This document shows, one piece after another, positions 11,850-24,665 of a stretch of DNA of 64,000 nt. Every line of letters starts with the position of its first letter. The stretch's first letter is position 1. Below the pieces are notes generated by a model. That model searched no databases, was not told the DNA's origin, and saw nothing but the letters and a program-made list of their open reading frames with translations. The position numbers were made by a program, and so were the translations under genes. This DNA comes from the human T2T-CHM13v2.0 reference genome, Homo sapiens, in the NCBI RefSeq assembly GCF_009914755.1, contig NC_060938.1; one strand, written 5' to 3'.

Positions 11850-12595
11850 TAGCGGTTCTCAGATTAGAGAGTGAATGAGATCGCATGAAGGACTTGCTAA
11901 AACATGGATTGCTGTGTCAAAGGTGAGTGGGATGGTTAATATTAGGTGTCAACTTGATTGAAGGATGCCTAAATGCCTGGTAAAGTATTGTTTCTAGGTG
12001 CTTCTATGAGGGTGTTGCCAGAGGAGATTGACATTGGAGTCGGTGGACTGAGAGAGGGAGACCCACCCTCAATGTGGGTGGGTACCACCCAATCAACTGC
12101 TACTGTGGCTAGAACAAAGCAGGCAGAAGAAGGTGGCATAACTTTGCTTGCTGAGTCTCTTTTTTCCCCATGCTGGATGCTTCCTTCCACTTCTTCTGCC
12201 CTTGAATATCAATCACACTCCAGGTTCTTTGGTCTTTGGACTCTGGGACTTGCACCAGCAGCCTCCTGGTAGCTCTAGGGACCCTCCGCCACAGACAGAA
12301 GGCTGCACTGTCTGCTTCCATGGTTTTGAGGCCTTCGGAGTTGGACTGGGCCACTACCAGCTTCTCTCTTCCCCAGCTTGCAGACAGCCTATCATGGGAC
12401 TTCACCTTGTAATTGTGTGAGCCAGTTCCCCCTAATAAACTCCCTCTCATACGTACATATATCCTATTGGTTCTGTGCCTCTGAACAGCCATGACTAATA
12501 CAGGAGGTCTGTGGCACCTGAGAATTCTCTCTTCTGACAAGTTTCCAATTGATGCTGATGCTGATGATGCAGGGACCACACTTTGAGAACCACAG
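11850..12595 (+). mobile_element. MER5A (hAT-Charlie) split by an MLT2B insertion: ~11850-11920 and ~12503-12595
   Basis: Left AGCGGTTCTCAGA...CTTGCTAAAACATGGATTGCTG; right GATGCTGATGCTG...GGGACCACACTTTGAGAACCACAG; flanks CTCTACAC/CTCTGCAG (6 of 8 TSD bases match). Confidence 0.85.
11928..12502 (+). mobile_element. MLT2B-like (ERVL) solo LTR
   Basis: TGGGATGGTTAATATTAGGTGTCAACTTG start; GGATGCCTAAATGCCTGGTAAAG segment absent from MLT2A; end ATGACTAATACA; clearly homologous to 203-737. Confidence 0.88.
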
Positions 12596-12799
12596 CTCTG
12601 CAGAATAATTCTCCGAAACATAAATATTAATATAACACTCATCCAATTAAAATACATTAGTACTGTCCCAGACCCTTCAAAACAAACACCAGTCTCCTTA
12701 GAATAGCGTCTATATCTGCTTCTCTCATATATATATATTTTTTGTGGGCTCTATTTTCCCAACATCTTCAACTGATATATTTCTCTGATAATATTCTAT

Positions 12800-13085
12800 T
12801 CTCTGTGGCAACTTTCTAACACATTTTTCCCTCTGCTTAAAATATACTCCTCTATTATTTTTTAGACGCTTCTCATTAATCCTTCAAGACTCAGTCTTTC
12901 TTTGACAAAGTCACTGGGCTCAGTACCCTATATTGTGAAACAAATATTTATTTATTTTTTGGTTTTGTCCATGCAATTTACTTGGGATAGGCTCTACAGA
13001 ATTCGGGCATTCATCTCCATCTCCCCCGTGCCTAGCACAGGTTTTGAAACACAGTAAGAAGCCTTGCTAAATGAACGACTGAGTA
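12800..13085 (+). mobile_element. L2 3' end remnant
   Basis: CCTTCAAGACTCAG...CCCCCGTGCCTAGCACAG...CACAGTAAG...CTAAATGAA resembles the L2 terminus. Confidence 0.55.
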
Positions 13086-15679
13086 GTTGTCGAAGCACCA
13101 GTGATGCTATGTATTTCTAATAACAGTTTTTTATACTCCAAGGCTGAAATAGAAACTCCATCTTTCTTTATAGCCCTGTTTATTGTTTATAATATCCATG
13201 TTAATAATTTATTACAATCATTTTTATTCCAGTTTAAAAAATAATTTTGTGGATGACCTTTTGGACATAATCCTTTGTAAGGGACAAAGTCCTTATTTAT
13301 CTCATTTTTTTGGATGTAACAGAAATTGAAACCAGAAAATTCTCACAGAACAGATGCCCTTGCAATTGAAAAGCACTCCCTCTAATAATGCTTGGCATAA
13401 TTTTTGTTAGGTTTGTATCTCTGGTATAATTACATGATGATTTTAATGGAAATTATAAAGAAGTATTTTACAAAGGAATAGAATATTTTATGTGTAGTTA
13501 TATGTAAATTAAGTCTTATAAATATGCAAGCTTGCTTTCTCACATGGGTATTTGCTTAAGGATCACTCTGATAAATGCAAACAAGACTCATATTATTTAT
13601 TAGAAGATTGCTGAGATATATAACAGTAATTGTCATACCACTCTGTAGAATTCACTTCCAGAATCTGCTGTTGTTCCTATTGACTGATAATGTGCAGTAA
13701 AAACTGCCACATTTATAAATTCAACTAAGATATTAAAATATCTAAGTTTTTATTTTCTTCAGATGCATAAACCATCTATTATGTGCATGTTGTTATTTTA
13801 CCAAGACAATCTGGCTTCCAAATGAGGCAAAACTCTGGTTTATACAGTATGATTTTTGAGGGTATCATTCATGTCAGTGTCAATCTAATAATATTAATAA
13901 ATAAATAAGAGAAGAAGCCACTTTTCACCTTTGGAAACTTGTATTATATGATACAATATAGCAGAAGAGGAATAAGGTTCTACAACTGGTTATGCTTTCC
14001 CAAGATTAAGTTTGAGGTACAAATAACAATAGTGTCCATTTTATAAGATACACAAGATGATTCTTTCCTCTTATAAGCTAAATAGCTGTACTTTCATAAT
14101 AAAATGTTTTTAAAAGCTTCAGTTCAGTTTACTTCAATTAATGTAACAGCCACTTGTTGAGAGTCTTCTATGTCATTAACGCTGCTTAGCTATTCTGAGG
14201 AACACGTTTTTAATTCTTCAAGAGATATTCTTGTTTTCTAGGTGAAACTCAGAAAAGAACATTACAGGTCTTCTGAGTGATTCTGAGATATTGTCATGAA
14301 CGCTTTCTTTAAATGATTTAAATTCTGAGAAAAGGTCAGAAAATTGTAGGAGATTAGGTAGATCTGAAGACATATGAATTATGTATTGTTGAATTATCTA
14401 GAATAGGCACACTGGCTCCCTTATTTCTGTTTTATGGCATAATATACTTTTGGAATAATCAGATGACATATTAAACCTTGAAGGAGAGGAAATTTTGAAT
14501 GTCTTGGTGGAAGAGTTGGCATAATTTTTTTCATGGAAGATAAGTTGAAAGATACTTAGAGTCCTCTCCAGAGTAATGCCAATGTAGGCAGTTCTTTCAT
14601 ACCTGCCTTGGGCTAAGTGTTTTCTCGGGCAAGTAGTCACCATGTAGAGTTAGGAAACAATTTAGGGACTTTGTTCTGGGAGGACTCAAGGCTTGGATAC
14701 ATCTACAAATCTTTCTCAATTATCAGGCAAATGAAACTGTTTTACTCACTGATTACTAAACTTGTGAGTTGCTTTTGTATGACTTATTTATTTCACTGCA
14801 ATTATTTTAAACCTGATTTGTGTATTTATAGTAGCAAAAATGGCACCAACACTTTGTGCTAGGCTAGTGGGTTGTATGGATATCCTCCCTACCCTGATTG
14901 GGCTCTGACATGTCACTGTGGTTTGCACCCTGTAGTGTCGCCACCTTACCCTACTTCATCTAGATGCCCTATACTGATCAGCCCCCAACTCTTCACCCTT
15001 CAGCCCTACCTAATGGCTTTTGGACTTCGCTTTTTAGGAAGGGAAAGAAAAGGAATAACAAGAGGGAAGAAAGGAAAACAAAGAAAGGGAAACAAGTTAT
15101 TAATTATTAATTGTTCTACATATTAAAATTATTTATAATAGGTATTCAGAATAATTTTTAAAATTGGTCCTTTGAGGACAAGTCTTCTGCAGAAATGCAT
15201 GCTTCAACCTGTTCCACTATTACAGTTTTAAAATACAAACAAAACAATCAGCAGAGTTGGAATACAGTACTAAAACAATATTGCCTTTCAGTTGCAGTTT
15301 CAGGTTGCACCAAAGTAAAGCAGATAGAGAAGAGTCTTGTTTCAATTAAATAACCTTTATGGTTAAAGGGCACCCAGAAAAATAAAGACAAGATCTATAG
15401 TTGTCAACAGAAGGTGTGAAAGGCTAGATTGTCCAATTCTAGTGGCCTAAATCTTGAGGCCTATATAGGTTCAAAATAGCTTTAGATTCTTCAGATTTCA
15501 TATATGGGGATAAAATGCATATTAACAATAGTTTTAGATTAAAGTAAATAAAACTTATGATACTTGTTAATAGGTAAAAGTACTGAAATGCTCTTTAAAA
15601 TGCATAGAAATTTTTAAATATTCCATTTATCCTTTAAATGCTCTGCATTTCTGGCAAAAATTCAAGTAGATAGGCTCTT

Positions 15680-15980
15680 TTTATTAACTCAACAACCATT
15701 TATTGAATTTCCACTATGTTCTAATTAAGTAGATAAGTTCAATGTAATGAGTCAAGTGCTATAATTCAGATAAGAACAGAATTCTCCGGATGTGCATAGG
15801 ATCATCACCTAATGTTACGGTCAGAAGAGGCTCCCTGAAGCCTTTATCTTAGCAGAACATTTAAAGATGAGTCAAGCAAAGATAGGGCCTTGGACCAGAA
15901 GGTATGACAACTCAGAAGCTTTGAGAAAACATGTTCGTATCACTGTAGATCATTCAGTTGACTTTTAGTATTTAAGGTGG
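15680..15980 (-). mobile_element. L2 3' end remnant
   Basis: TCAACAACCATTTATTGAATTTCCACTATG is the antisense L2 terminus; GTCAGAAGAGGCTCCCTGAAG downstream. Confidence 0.55.
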
Positions 15981-15984
15981 GGAG

Positions 15985-16612
15985 TTGGGATGGGCTGTAT
16001 TCTTAAGATGTCCTCCCAAAATTGTATACCTTGATTATTCAATCAGGCACGCGTTTAGGTGCTACTCAAAGAGACTTTGCAGGGGTAATTACATTTCTGA
16101 AAATAAAGAAAGTGTCCTGGGTTATCTGGGAGGGCCAGATCTAATTGTCTGAACCATTAAAAGCAGGGAAATTTCTCCAGCTGGAGTAAGAAAGCTGCAG
16201 CCAAGAGAGGAGAATGAAGCAGAAGTTAGAATGATTTGAAGCATGAGAAGGAATTGACCCACTCTAAATAGCTTTGAAAATGAAAGGGGGGCAGGAATAA
16301 GCCATGTAGATGCCTTCTAGAAGCTACAACTGACCCCCAGCTGAAGGCCAGCAAGAAAATGAGGACCTCATTTCTGCAGATGTAAGGAACTGGAGTCAGC
16401 CAACAATTTCAATGAGCTTGGAAGCTGATTCCTTTCAGACCCTTCTGATAAGAGCCAACTAGCCGAGACCTTGTTTTCATCCTTGTGAAACCAGGAACAG
16501 AAAAACTAGCCTCGCCATTTTGAACTCCTGACCTATAGATTCTGAGATTACAATTTAGTGTTGTTTTAAGGTACTAAATTGTGATCATTTTTAAGGCAGC
16601 AGTAAAACAAGA
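15985..16612 (+). mobile_element. MLT1E-type MaLR LTR
   Basis: GACTTTGCAGGGGTAATTA, CCAGCTGAAGGCCAGCAAGAAAATGAGGACCTCA, GCCAACAATTTCAATGAGCTTGGAAG, TGTTGTTTTAAG...GCAGCAGTA. Confidence 0.85.
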
Positions 16613-16638
16613 GTAATTGTGAAATACGAGTCTAAAAG

Positions 16639-16855
16639 CAGTGATTCTCAATTAGGTGTGATATGGCATCCCAGGAGACATTTGGCAAGGCCTAGAGACT
16701 TTTTTGGTCACAACCAGAGGTGGAGGGTTTGCCACTGGCTTCTAGTGGGTAAAGTCCAGGGATGCTACTAAAATCCTATAATGTGTAGAACAGTCCCCTA
16801 CAACAAAGTATTATGTAGCCCAAAATATCCATTGTGTCAAGGTTGAGAAACCCTA
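16639..16855 (+). mobile_element. MER20 (hAT-Charlie), full length
   Basis: CAGTGATTCTCAA...GGAGACATTTGGCAA...TCTAGTGGGTAAAGTCCAGGGATGCTACTAAA...GGTTGAGAAACCCTA; 217 bp. Confidence 0.92.
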
Positions 16856-17769
16856 GACTAGAAGTAGGCAAAGACTGGATAGATGATCAAAGGTCTTGTA
16901 TATCTTGATCCCCCTAGCTGGATAGAGAATAAGTTATATTTATTTTGTTGGGAAAAGGGTAGCTACCAGGACTGAGGTAATTATTAGAAGTAGTTTTGTT
17001 ACTTAGCAAACATCTACCGAAAAAGTAGCTAATAAATTAAATTACATCAAACTTCTTGGTTGCTGGTCTAACATAAATAACAATTTGTCTATGCAAGTGG
17101 TCATTTACAAAATAACAATAATTACCAAAAAGATGACTTACAATGAGAAATCATTCTTAAAACTGGAAGCTTAATGATATTTTTGAAAAATATTGTTAAG
17201 AAAACACCAGAAGAAAGTATTCACCTAATTAATTTGCTGTGTCTTTGTCTTTGTGAGGATGGCTCGTCATATTAGTGTCTTTTATATTCACATCAAATCC
17301 TCTGCTTGGTTAGGTCACTGTATAATTAGGCTATTGGACATCTACATCCTTAAAATCCCTTTGTTTTAATCTTTTATTTTTTCATTTATCTGCAACTTGC
17401 ATTCCCTTCATAAGCCCAAGACTTTTTTTGTTTCTATATATAACTTACAAAGACAGGGATGAAATATAAGCTCTCTTTATCTCCCTAATCAAACTCTTGT
17501 AAGCTAATTAGCATATTTCATATTGATAAGGATGATCGATAAGAATATTTCAAAAGTCCAGATAGTATTAAGTTTCAATGACATTCTTAAAATTTCTACT
17601 GAAATTTTAAAATAAAACTATATTAACCATATACTCAGTTTATGCTTTGCTTAACTGAGTATAGACTAGTTTTTCCGTCTAAAATAATGACTTCTACTCA
17701 CATGTCCCTGTTGCTCATTAGGTTTCACTATTTCGAGCTATTACCTTTCTTAATTAATGGTTCCTTGTC

Positions 17770-18700
17770 ATTACTGATGCATAGAGGACACATCTCTTGC
17801 TTTTATTGGTGTGTTTTGTTTGTATGTGTTCATGCTAAATGAGTATTGCTTGCTAGGTATTTTTAAATCAAGTAAAGAACACAGAGTTGTGTACCTCATT
17901 CTGTTTTTTTTTTTTTTTTTTTTTGTTGTTGTTGTTTCTTTGCTTGTTTTTCATCAAGCACTCTGTTTTTAAGCTCTGTCCACATTGTTCTACTTGCACT
18001 CTTCCAACACATTTTAATTCTCCCAATGATGTCAGTCTCCTACGATGCAGACCCGAGTTACCTCCAACTTTCCGCCATGCAAATGGTGCTACAGGAACAT
18101 CTTCAAAAAGAAAAACATATAACTATTTGTCTAAGGATGTATGGGCATGTGAGTGATTTCTTTGGGATATGCACTATGGAGCAAGAAGTCAGACTTATAG
18201 GGTATTCATCTCCTATATTTGACTAAAATATATCAGCAATCTCCACTGAATGTACCCTAGTTTCATGAGCACCAATGTTTGTATCATCCAGCTTTCTAGT
18301 TTGTTAGTGTTTTCTTTAGGAAATAACATGTTGTAATTTAAATTTGTGTTTATTGGATTATTCATGGTTTTGAACATTTTTTATGTGGGTGTTGGATTTG
18401 GGGGTTTTCTTTTTTGCAAATTGCCTGGTCATGGTCTTTACCAGCTCTTCCATTATAGCTGCTATCTCTTTCTGGTTGGTTTGTAAGAAATCCTTATCAT
18501 TATATATCATCCCTTTGTAAATGTTATGCCTTACAAAATACCTTCTCTTATTTTGTCTTCTCTATTTAACTTTGACCAAAATTGCCTTCATTGACAGAAA
18601 GCGTAAATATTGGTTTAATAAAATTAATCTCTTTTTTCCCCCTATGGTTGTGCTTTGGAAGTTTTTTTTAAAGTTATTTTCTAATCTTGGGTCTAAAATA
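17770..18700 (-). mobile_element. Old L1 (L1ME-like) 3' region
   Basis: T-rich antisense L1 pattern (TTTGAACATTTTTTATG...AAATTGCCTGGTCATGGTCTTTACC); heavily diverged. Confidence 0.6.
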
Positions 18701-18749
18701 TAAATATACACACAACGCACACATAATTTTTCCTTTCAAATATATATCT

Positions 18750-20570
18750 TTAATAAACTTCTAAAATTTTTAGAATTGTTTTAAATTTACAGAAAAAAAT
18801 ATGAAAATAATACAAAGAATTCCCATATCAGGGGTCCCCAAACCCCTGGCGGAGAACCTGTACCTGTCCGTGGTCTGTTAGACACCCCTGGAGTGGCACT
18901 ACCACCTGATCTCCACCTCCCGTCAGATCAACAGTAGCATTAGATTCTCATAGAAACAGGAAGCCTATTGTGAACTGTGCATGCGGGGGATCTAGGATGC
19001 GTGCTCCTTATGAGAATCTAACTAATGCCTGATGATCTGAGATGGAATAGTTTCATCCCCAAACCATCCACCACCACCGCCCACCCTATCACCCATTCCC
19101 AAACTTTTGACAACAACAGACCAGTTTGTCATCTCTGTATTTTGCTTTTTCAGAAGGCCAACTACATAGAATCATGCAGGAAAGAGCCTTTTCAGACCGG
19201 TTTCTTTTACTTTTCAGTAAGCACCTAAGATGTATATGTATGTTTGTATGGTTTGATAGCTCATTCCTTTTATTGCTGAGTAGTTTTCCATTGTGTGAAT
19301 GTGTCAGTTATTTTAACCATTTATCTGCTGAAGGAAGTTTGGTTCCAGTTTTCGGTGATTGTTTATGAACTGAATTGTTTTTTTTGTGTGGACAGCTTTT
19401 TCCAAGCAAATTCAGCAATTGCTCAATGATATGGTAAGACAGTGTTTTGCTTTGTAACAAACCACCAGATTGTCTTCTAGGCTACCAGTCTGTACTCCCA
19501 CCAGCAATGAATGAATTTCCATTACCTAGCATCTTTGCTAGCAATTGCTATTGTCAGTCTTATTTGGATTTTAGCCATTCTAATGCCTGTGTAGTTGTGT
19601 CTTGTTTTAATATGCATTTCCCTAAAGACAATTATGTTGAAAATATTTTTACATCCTTATTTTCTATTTGTATATCTTCTTAGTGAAGTGTTTGTTCAAA
19701 TATTTTACCCCTTTTAAATTGGGCTATTTTTCTTATTCTTGAGTTTCAAGAAATCTTTGTATATTATGGATACAAATCCTCTATCAGATATGTGTTTGGC
19801 AAATATTTTTTCCCAGTTCATGGCTTATCTTTTCATTTTCTTGACAGTATTCTTCAGAAAGCAGGAGTTTTTAATTTATTAAAGTTCAACATATATTTTT
19901 TCTTTCATGGATGATGTTTTTGGTGTTTCATCTAAAAGCTCATCACCAACCGAAAGGTTATATATAATATACGTATATATTTCGTTTTAAAAATTTTCTT
20001 CTGGAAGTTTTATATTGTGTTTTACATATAAGTCTATGTTTATTATAATTTAAATTTTGTAAAAAATGTGTAAGTCCCTTTCTAGTGTCATTTTGTTCAA
20101 CAAATTATCCAATTTGTTGAAAAGATTATCCTTTAGCCATTGAATGCCTTTGAATCTTTGCTAAATATCAGTTGACTATATTTGTGTGGGTCTATTTATC
20201 GGTTCCCTATTCTGTTTCATTGATCTTTGTGCCTATTCGTCCACCAGATGGTAGATTTCTAGATTTCTGTAGCTTTATAGTAAATCTTGAAATTGGGTGA
20301 TGTGAATCCTCCAACTCTGTTTTTCTTCATTATTGTGTTGGCTATTCTAGGCCTTTTGCTTTCCCATATAAATTTTAGAATCAGCTTGTTGAAATCTACA
20401 AACTAGCTTGCTGAGATTTTGATTAAATTGTATTGATTTTGCAGATTGAGTTTGGAAAAACTGGCGTCTTAACAATATTGAATCATCCATCTCTAAACAT
20501 GGAACATCTATGCATTTATTTAGATGCTTTTTATTTCTCTCTTCAATGTTTTGTAACACATATAGGTTTT
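18750..20570 (-). mobile_element. Old L1 (L1MB/MC/MD-type) 3' UTR and ORF2 end, interrupted by MER1B
   Basis: TTTTAGAATTGTTTTAAATTTACAGAAAAA...TTCCCATA terminus; TTTTAGCCATTCTAAT, TGTATATCTTCTTAGTGAAGTGTTTGTTCAAAT, CTATCAGATATGTGTTTGGCAAATATTTTTTCCCAG, CCATATAAATTTTAGAATCAGCTTG. Confidence 0.88.
18829..19085 (+). mobile_element. MER1B (hAT-Charlie), right end missing
   Basis: CAGGGGTCCCCAAACCC start; GCATTAGATTCTCATAG; CCTTATGAGAATCTAACTAATGCCTGATGATCTGAG; no right terminal repeat seen. Confidence 0.9.
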
Positions 20571-20729
20571 TAATGTATCCAAGTTGATCTTTGTATAGGA
20601 TGTTGATAAGGGATCTGGTTATGCTTTTTTCATGCATTAAATATTATATACTCAATAATCTATGACCTCTGTTGATTTGTGGCTTCACCTGTACTGAATA
20701 CTTAATTTTTATACATAGACACATTTGCT

Positions 20730-20845
20730 TATAAGCTTTCTTTCTGGCCTTAGTTTCAGGAGGCCATTCATAATTCTTAGCTCCACTGGATTCCCCAATA
20801 TGGCTGCCTGACTCTTCAAAAGCAGCAAGGGAGCAAGAGACACCA
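20730..20845 (-). mobile_element. MLT1F/G-like MaLR LTR fragment
   Basis: Reverse strand reads CTTGCTGCTTTTGAAGAGTCAGGCAGCCATATTG...GGCCAGAAAGAAA. Confidence 0.5.
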
Positions 20846-20884
20846 AGAAATTTAAGAAGCATGTCAGGTGAAGCAAAGAGTTCT

Positions 20885-21150
20885 GTTCCAATGAAGATTA
20901 AAACTGTTCATTTAATTTTGTAAATAGAAGGTCCCTGGGCAACTTGGCAACAAATTCACTGTAGTGGTGAAAACAGGAGCCAAATTTTACTGGATTATAA
21001 AGTAATTTGAAATTAATCAAACAAAAACCTATTGTGCACTCTAGTACTTCCAGAATCTAGACTGTACAATAAGGAGAGATTAAAAGACATTTAAAAAAAA
21101 TATGTAGAAGAAGGGAGTGCTTACTGCTGCCTTGTTGGGTTTTTAGATAT
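20885..21150 (-). mobile_element. L2 remnant
   Basis: ATGAAGATTAAAACTGTTCATTTAATTTTG...GAAGGTCCCTGGGCAACTTGGCAA...GTAGTGGTG...GAGCCAAATT. Confidence 0.55.
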
Positions 21151-21889
21151 GGAAAATGCTGAACAAAATTCACATTTTCTCAATGCTTTAATAAAAAATT
21201 GTAACTTGTAGAAATGCCTAACTTCATAATAATCTACCCTGAAGATAGTTGTCCACCCTCTTAAAGAGATCATCTAATTCAAGAGGCAACACCTAATTTA
21301 CCATTATTACAATGAAAGAAAACCGCTATTTTTAACTTAAATTTGAAAGCAATTATATCCCAGTGCATGGATAATAATAAAATCAGCCTGGAAGATCAAA
21401 TTATTTTTGATATTAGTTTTTATTTAACTGATGCCTTAAACTTTACTAAACATTAAAGATATATTCATTTATGTCCCTTATACTAAATGCTATGATAACA
21501 CTATTTTGCTTACTTTTATTTTCTCTTTATTAATTTAATTAATTTTTAAAACTACTTCAAAAATGCTGCACTATTATACACTAGAACGCAGCATTATTCT
21601 TATTTAACATTTGAGGAAAGCAAAAGTCTAACTTCAGACATTTGAAATATGTTAAACATAAAATGTATTTTATTGATTTACCTACTGGAAAGTGCAAAGC
21701 ATGTTTCCCAGTTACAACTGTGCATCAAATGGCAACCTCAGGGCACTGACTCAGCTGACTGATCATGCCTTATCTGTTCTGTTTGCTTTGTTCTAATGTA
21801 GGTATACCCACAATGAGCAAACATCATAACTTCTATCAACTCCAAACATATAATATCATTTTTCCAATAATGTCAGCTGTAATACTGGG

Positions 21890-22082
21890 CTAAAAAGTCC
21901 TTGAGATTAGATGACCAGCCTGGGTCCCAAGCCCATCAACTGTGCAAAGGAAGTGTAGTCAACTCCACCTTATAAACCCATGGACTCAAGGGAGGAGGAA
22001 TTCCTCAACGAAGGTCAGAATGTTGTACCAAAAGAAGGAGAAAAGGAAGCTAACCAAAAGTTAAAAAGAGATGTTGAGTATA
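21890..22082 (-). mobile_element. MLT1K/L-like MaLR LTR fragment
   Basis: GGAGGAGGAATTCCTCAACGAAGGTCAGAATGTTGTACCAAAAGAAGGAG resembles the antisense 5' end of old MLT1. Confidence 0.5.
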
Positions 22083-22089
22083 ATAATGC

Positions 22090-22195
22090 TTTGAGATGGT
22101 GAGTACATTTCCCAGGGTACATAAGTTGTTACAGGAGATGCCTACAGACCTAGATCTGACAATTGTTAGTCAAGTGCTTGTTCCACTACACCATT
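22090..22195 (-). mobile_element. MIR remnant
   Basis: TTTCCCAGGGTACATAAG...CCTAGATCTGAC...GTGCTTGTTCCACTACACCA. Confidence 0.5.
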
Positions 22196-23154
22196 GTTTC
22201 ACTTGATTGAGGAGAAAGTTTATGGTTATTTTGTGGAATATATTGGGATGGTTATTTAAGATTTGTACAGCATTTTCATACATGTTGGGTCACTTGAGAA
22301 GGCAGCAGGATATGTATGCTATCTAGGTTTCCCATCTCGATTTCTTTAGCTGTTCTTGGCAGCCTTCACTTTGTTAAACTGACTATATAAAGCCGAGTAG
22401 CACTCAAAATCAGAGCTACTTTCTCTCAAGAAAGAACATGTGGTTAAGTCATTATATTATATTCCTAATGTGGTGCAGCCTGAATGTAAAGTAAAATTAG
22501 ACTGAGAGATTGAATCAACCAAAAAAACAATAAAGAAGAACATGTGCTTTCAGCAGAATATATACTGCAGTTTTGTTGATAAGTGTTAAAGCACAATTTC
22601 CTACAGTATGGATAGTCCAGTCTGAGCTAACCAAAGGTTACTCCTATATGCAAGATAAGTTATACCTTCATATTCCCAATCAAGATCCCTGACACTGAAT
22701 TCCTCCATAGCATAATGAGAGGACTATTTTAACACAGCAAGAACATTCTATTATAAAGCAATTCAAAAATTGAAACCAACTTATTACATTGGGCAAACCC
22801 AAATGCAAAAATGGAATGGCAAGAATGCAAAAGGATAAAATTTCATAATTTGTACATAATGATAATCATTATTACATTAGATTGAATTCAGTATTCAGAA
22901 CTGTTTCATTTTTCTAATTTGAATTTAATTCCTTTAAGGTTCATTCAACAATCATATAATAGTTGATGACCAGTGGAAACCTAAAAAGCTTCTAATGGTT
23001 TTATTACTGAAATTTATGATTTCTGTAAAGTTTTCTTCTGTGTAATGTTTACATAATTTTTGGTAATTTTTCTTAAAATATTTTGGAATTTTTGAAAGTA
23101 TCAGTTCTATCTTAGGACAGACTAATATTTATTATTTTCTTTCCTGCAAGAATA

Positions 23155-24055
23155 GCTGTCATTCACTCCATTATTCATAATAACTGCATCTTTTAGTTTT
23201 TCATTTAAAAAGGTGCTTTGGGGGATGAATAACATGAACCTGACACACACTCTCCATACAGATATATTATTGCACCTTAATGAACATAAAACATGTACAC
23301 AAATACTTTTAATACAATGCAGGATGTGCAGGGATCCAGGTTGTACTTGGAGGAAGGAACAATTTCCACTTGTAGCACCAGAGAAAATGTTTTGGAGATG
23401 GTGGTATTTGAGCTAGATTGGACACACGGATATGAAGTATAAAACATCTCTCTCTCAATCTCTCTCTCTCTCTCTCTCTCGTCTACTCTCTAGGGACATC
23501 AGACTATATACTAGTTCTTTTAAAGTTCTACTCATGTTCATACTAGTATGCCCTCACCTTCTCTAAGAGAACATCATCTTCCAAGCACAATCTCAAAAGT
23601 TACCTACTCTGGAGAGACGTTGAAGGTCTTTGAACAGTACAGTGAATTGATCAGAGCTGTACTTCAGGGAGCGTAATATCACAGCAAGGTGGAAGATGAG
23701 TTGAACCAGGGACATGCTGATAGGAAAACGCAATTGTGTTAATATGACGAAGTAAGAGCTTAATATAATAGACAATGTTGTCATTGTCTAAGAACAGGTA
23801 AAAATAGCCATGGAAGATATTTCATCACTGATGGATCATACTATATTCTGAGCTTTAATATATTGAGTAAGGTGATTCCATTAAGGTAAATGGAGAACAA
23901 AAGAGTAGGGAAAATGTGTGGGATGGAAAATAATAAATTGAATCCTGGCCATATATAATTAGAGGTGTTGGGGATATCCAAATGGAGATGTTCCACAGAC
24001 ACTTGGAAATGAACATTTGGAACTTACCAGAACAAGTATATCTACAGTTTGGCCC
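23155..24055 (-). mobile_element. L2 remnant with embedded (CT)n at ~23447-23480
   Basis: CATTCACTCCATTATTCA terminus; GGAGATGGTGGTATTTGAGCTAGA; TTGAAGGTCTTTGAACAG...TGATCAGAGCTGTACTTCAGG; CCAAATGGAGATGTTCCACAGACACTTGG. Confidence 0.7.
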
Positions 24056-24071
24056 CATAAAAATGATCACA

Positions 24072-24665
24072 TAAACAAAAATGTACAAGTGGGACCTAAT
24101 TCAACTAAAGTTCTGCACAGTAAAAAAAGAAAAAAACTATCAACATAGTAAACAGACCACCTACAAAATAGGAGAAAACCTTTGCAAACTATGAATTGAC
24201 AAAGGTCTGATATCCAGAATCTATAAGGAACTTAAATTTACAAGCAAAAGTCAAACAACCCCATTAAAACATGGGGCAAAAGGCATGAACAGACACATTT
24301 CAAAAGAAGACATATGCACAGCCAATAAGCATATGGAAAAATGCTCAATTATCACTAACCATTAGAGAAATGCAAATCAAAACCACAATGAAATGCCTCT
24401 CACAGCAGTCAGAATGGCGATTATTAAAAAGTAAAAAAATAGTAAATGCTGGGGAAGTTGCAGAGTAAAGGGAACACTTATGCACTGCTGGTGGGAATGT
24501 AAATTAGTTCAGCCATTGTGGAAGGCTGTTTAAATTTTTGAGAATCAAAATTTCTCAAAAAAATTAAAACAGAATTACCATTCAACATAGCAATCACATT
24601 ATTAAGAATATACCCAAAGGAATATAAATCATTCTGCCATAAAGACACATGCCCATGTGTGTACA
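24072..24665 (+). mobile_element. Internal L1 ORF2 C-terminal fragment (L1PA13-16-like), no 3' UTR or poly(A)
   Basis: GACAAAGGTCTGATATCCAGAATCTATAAGGAACTTAA, TAGAGAAATGCAAATCAAAACCACAATG, GGTGGGAATGTAAATTAGTTCAGCCATTGTGGAA, ACCCAAAGGAATATAAATCATTCTGCCATAAAGACACATGC. Confidence 0.93.

Noticed and set aside
12109-12657. Longest ORF (182 aa, minus strand)
   Set aside because: Antisense read-through of MER5A and the MLT2B LTR; no recognisable domain.
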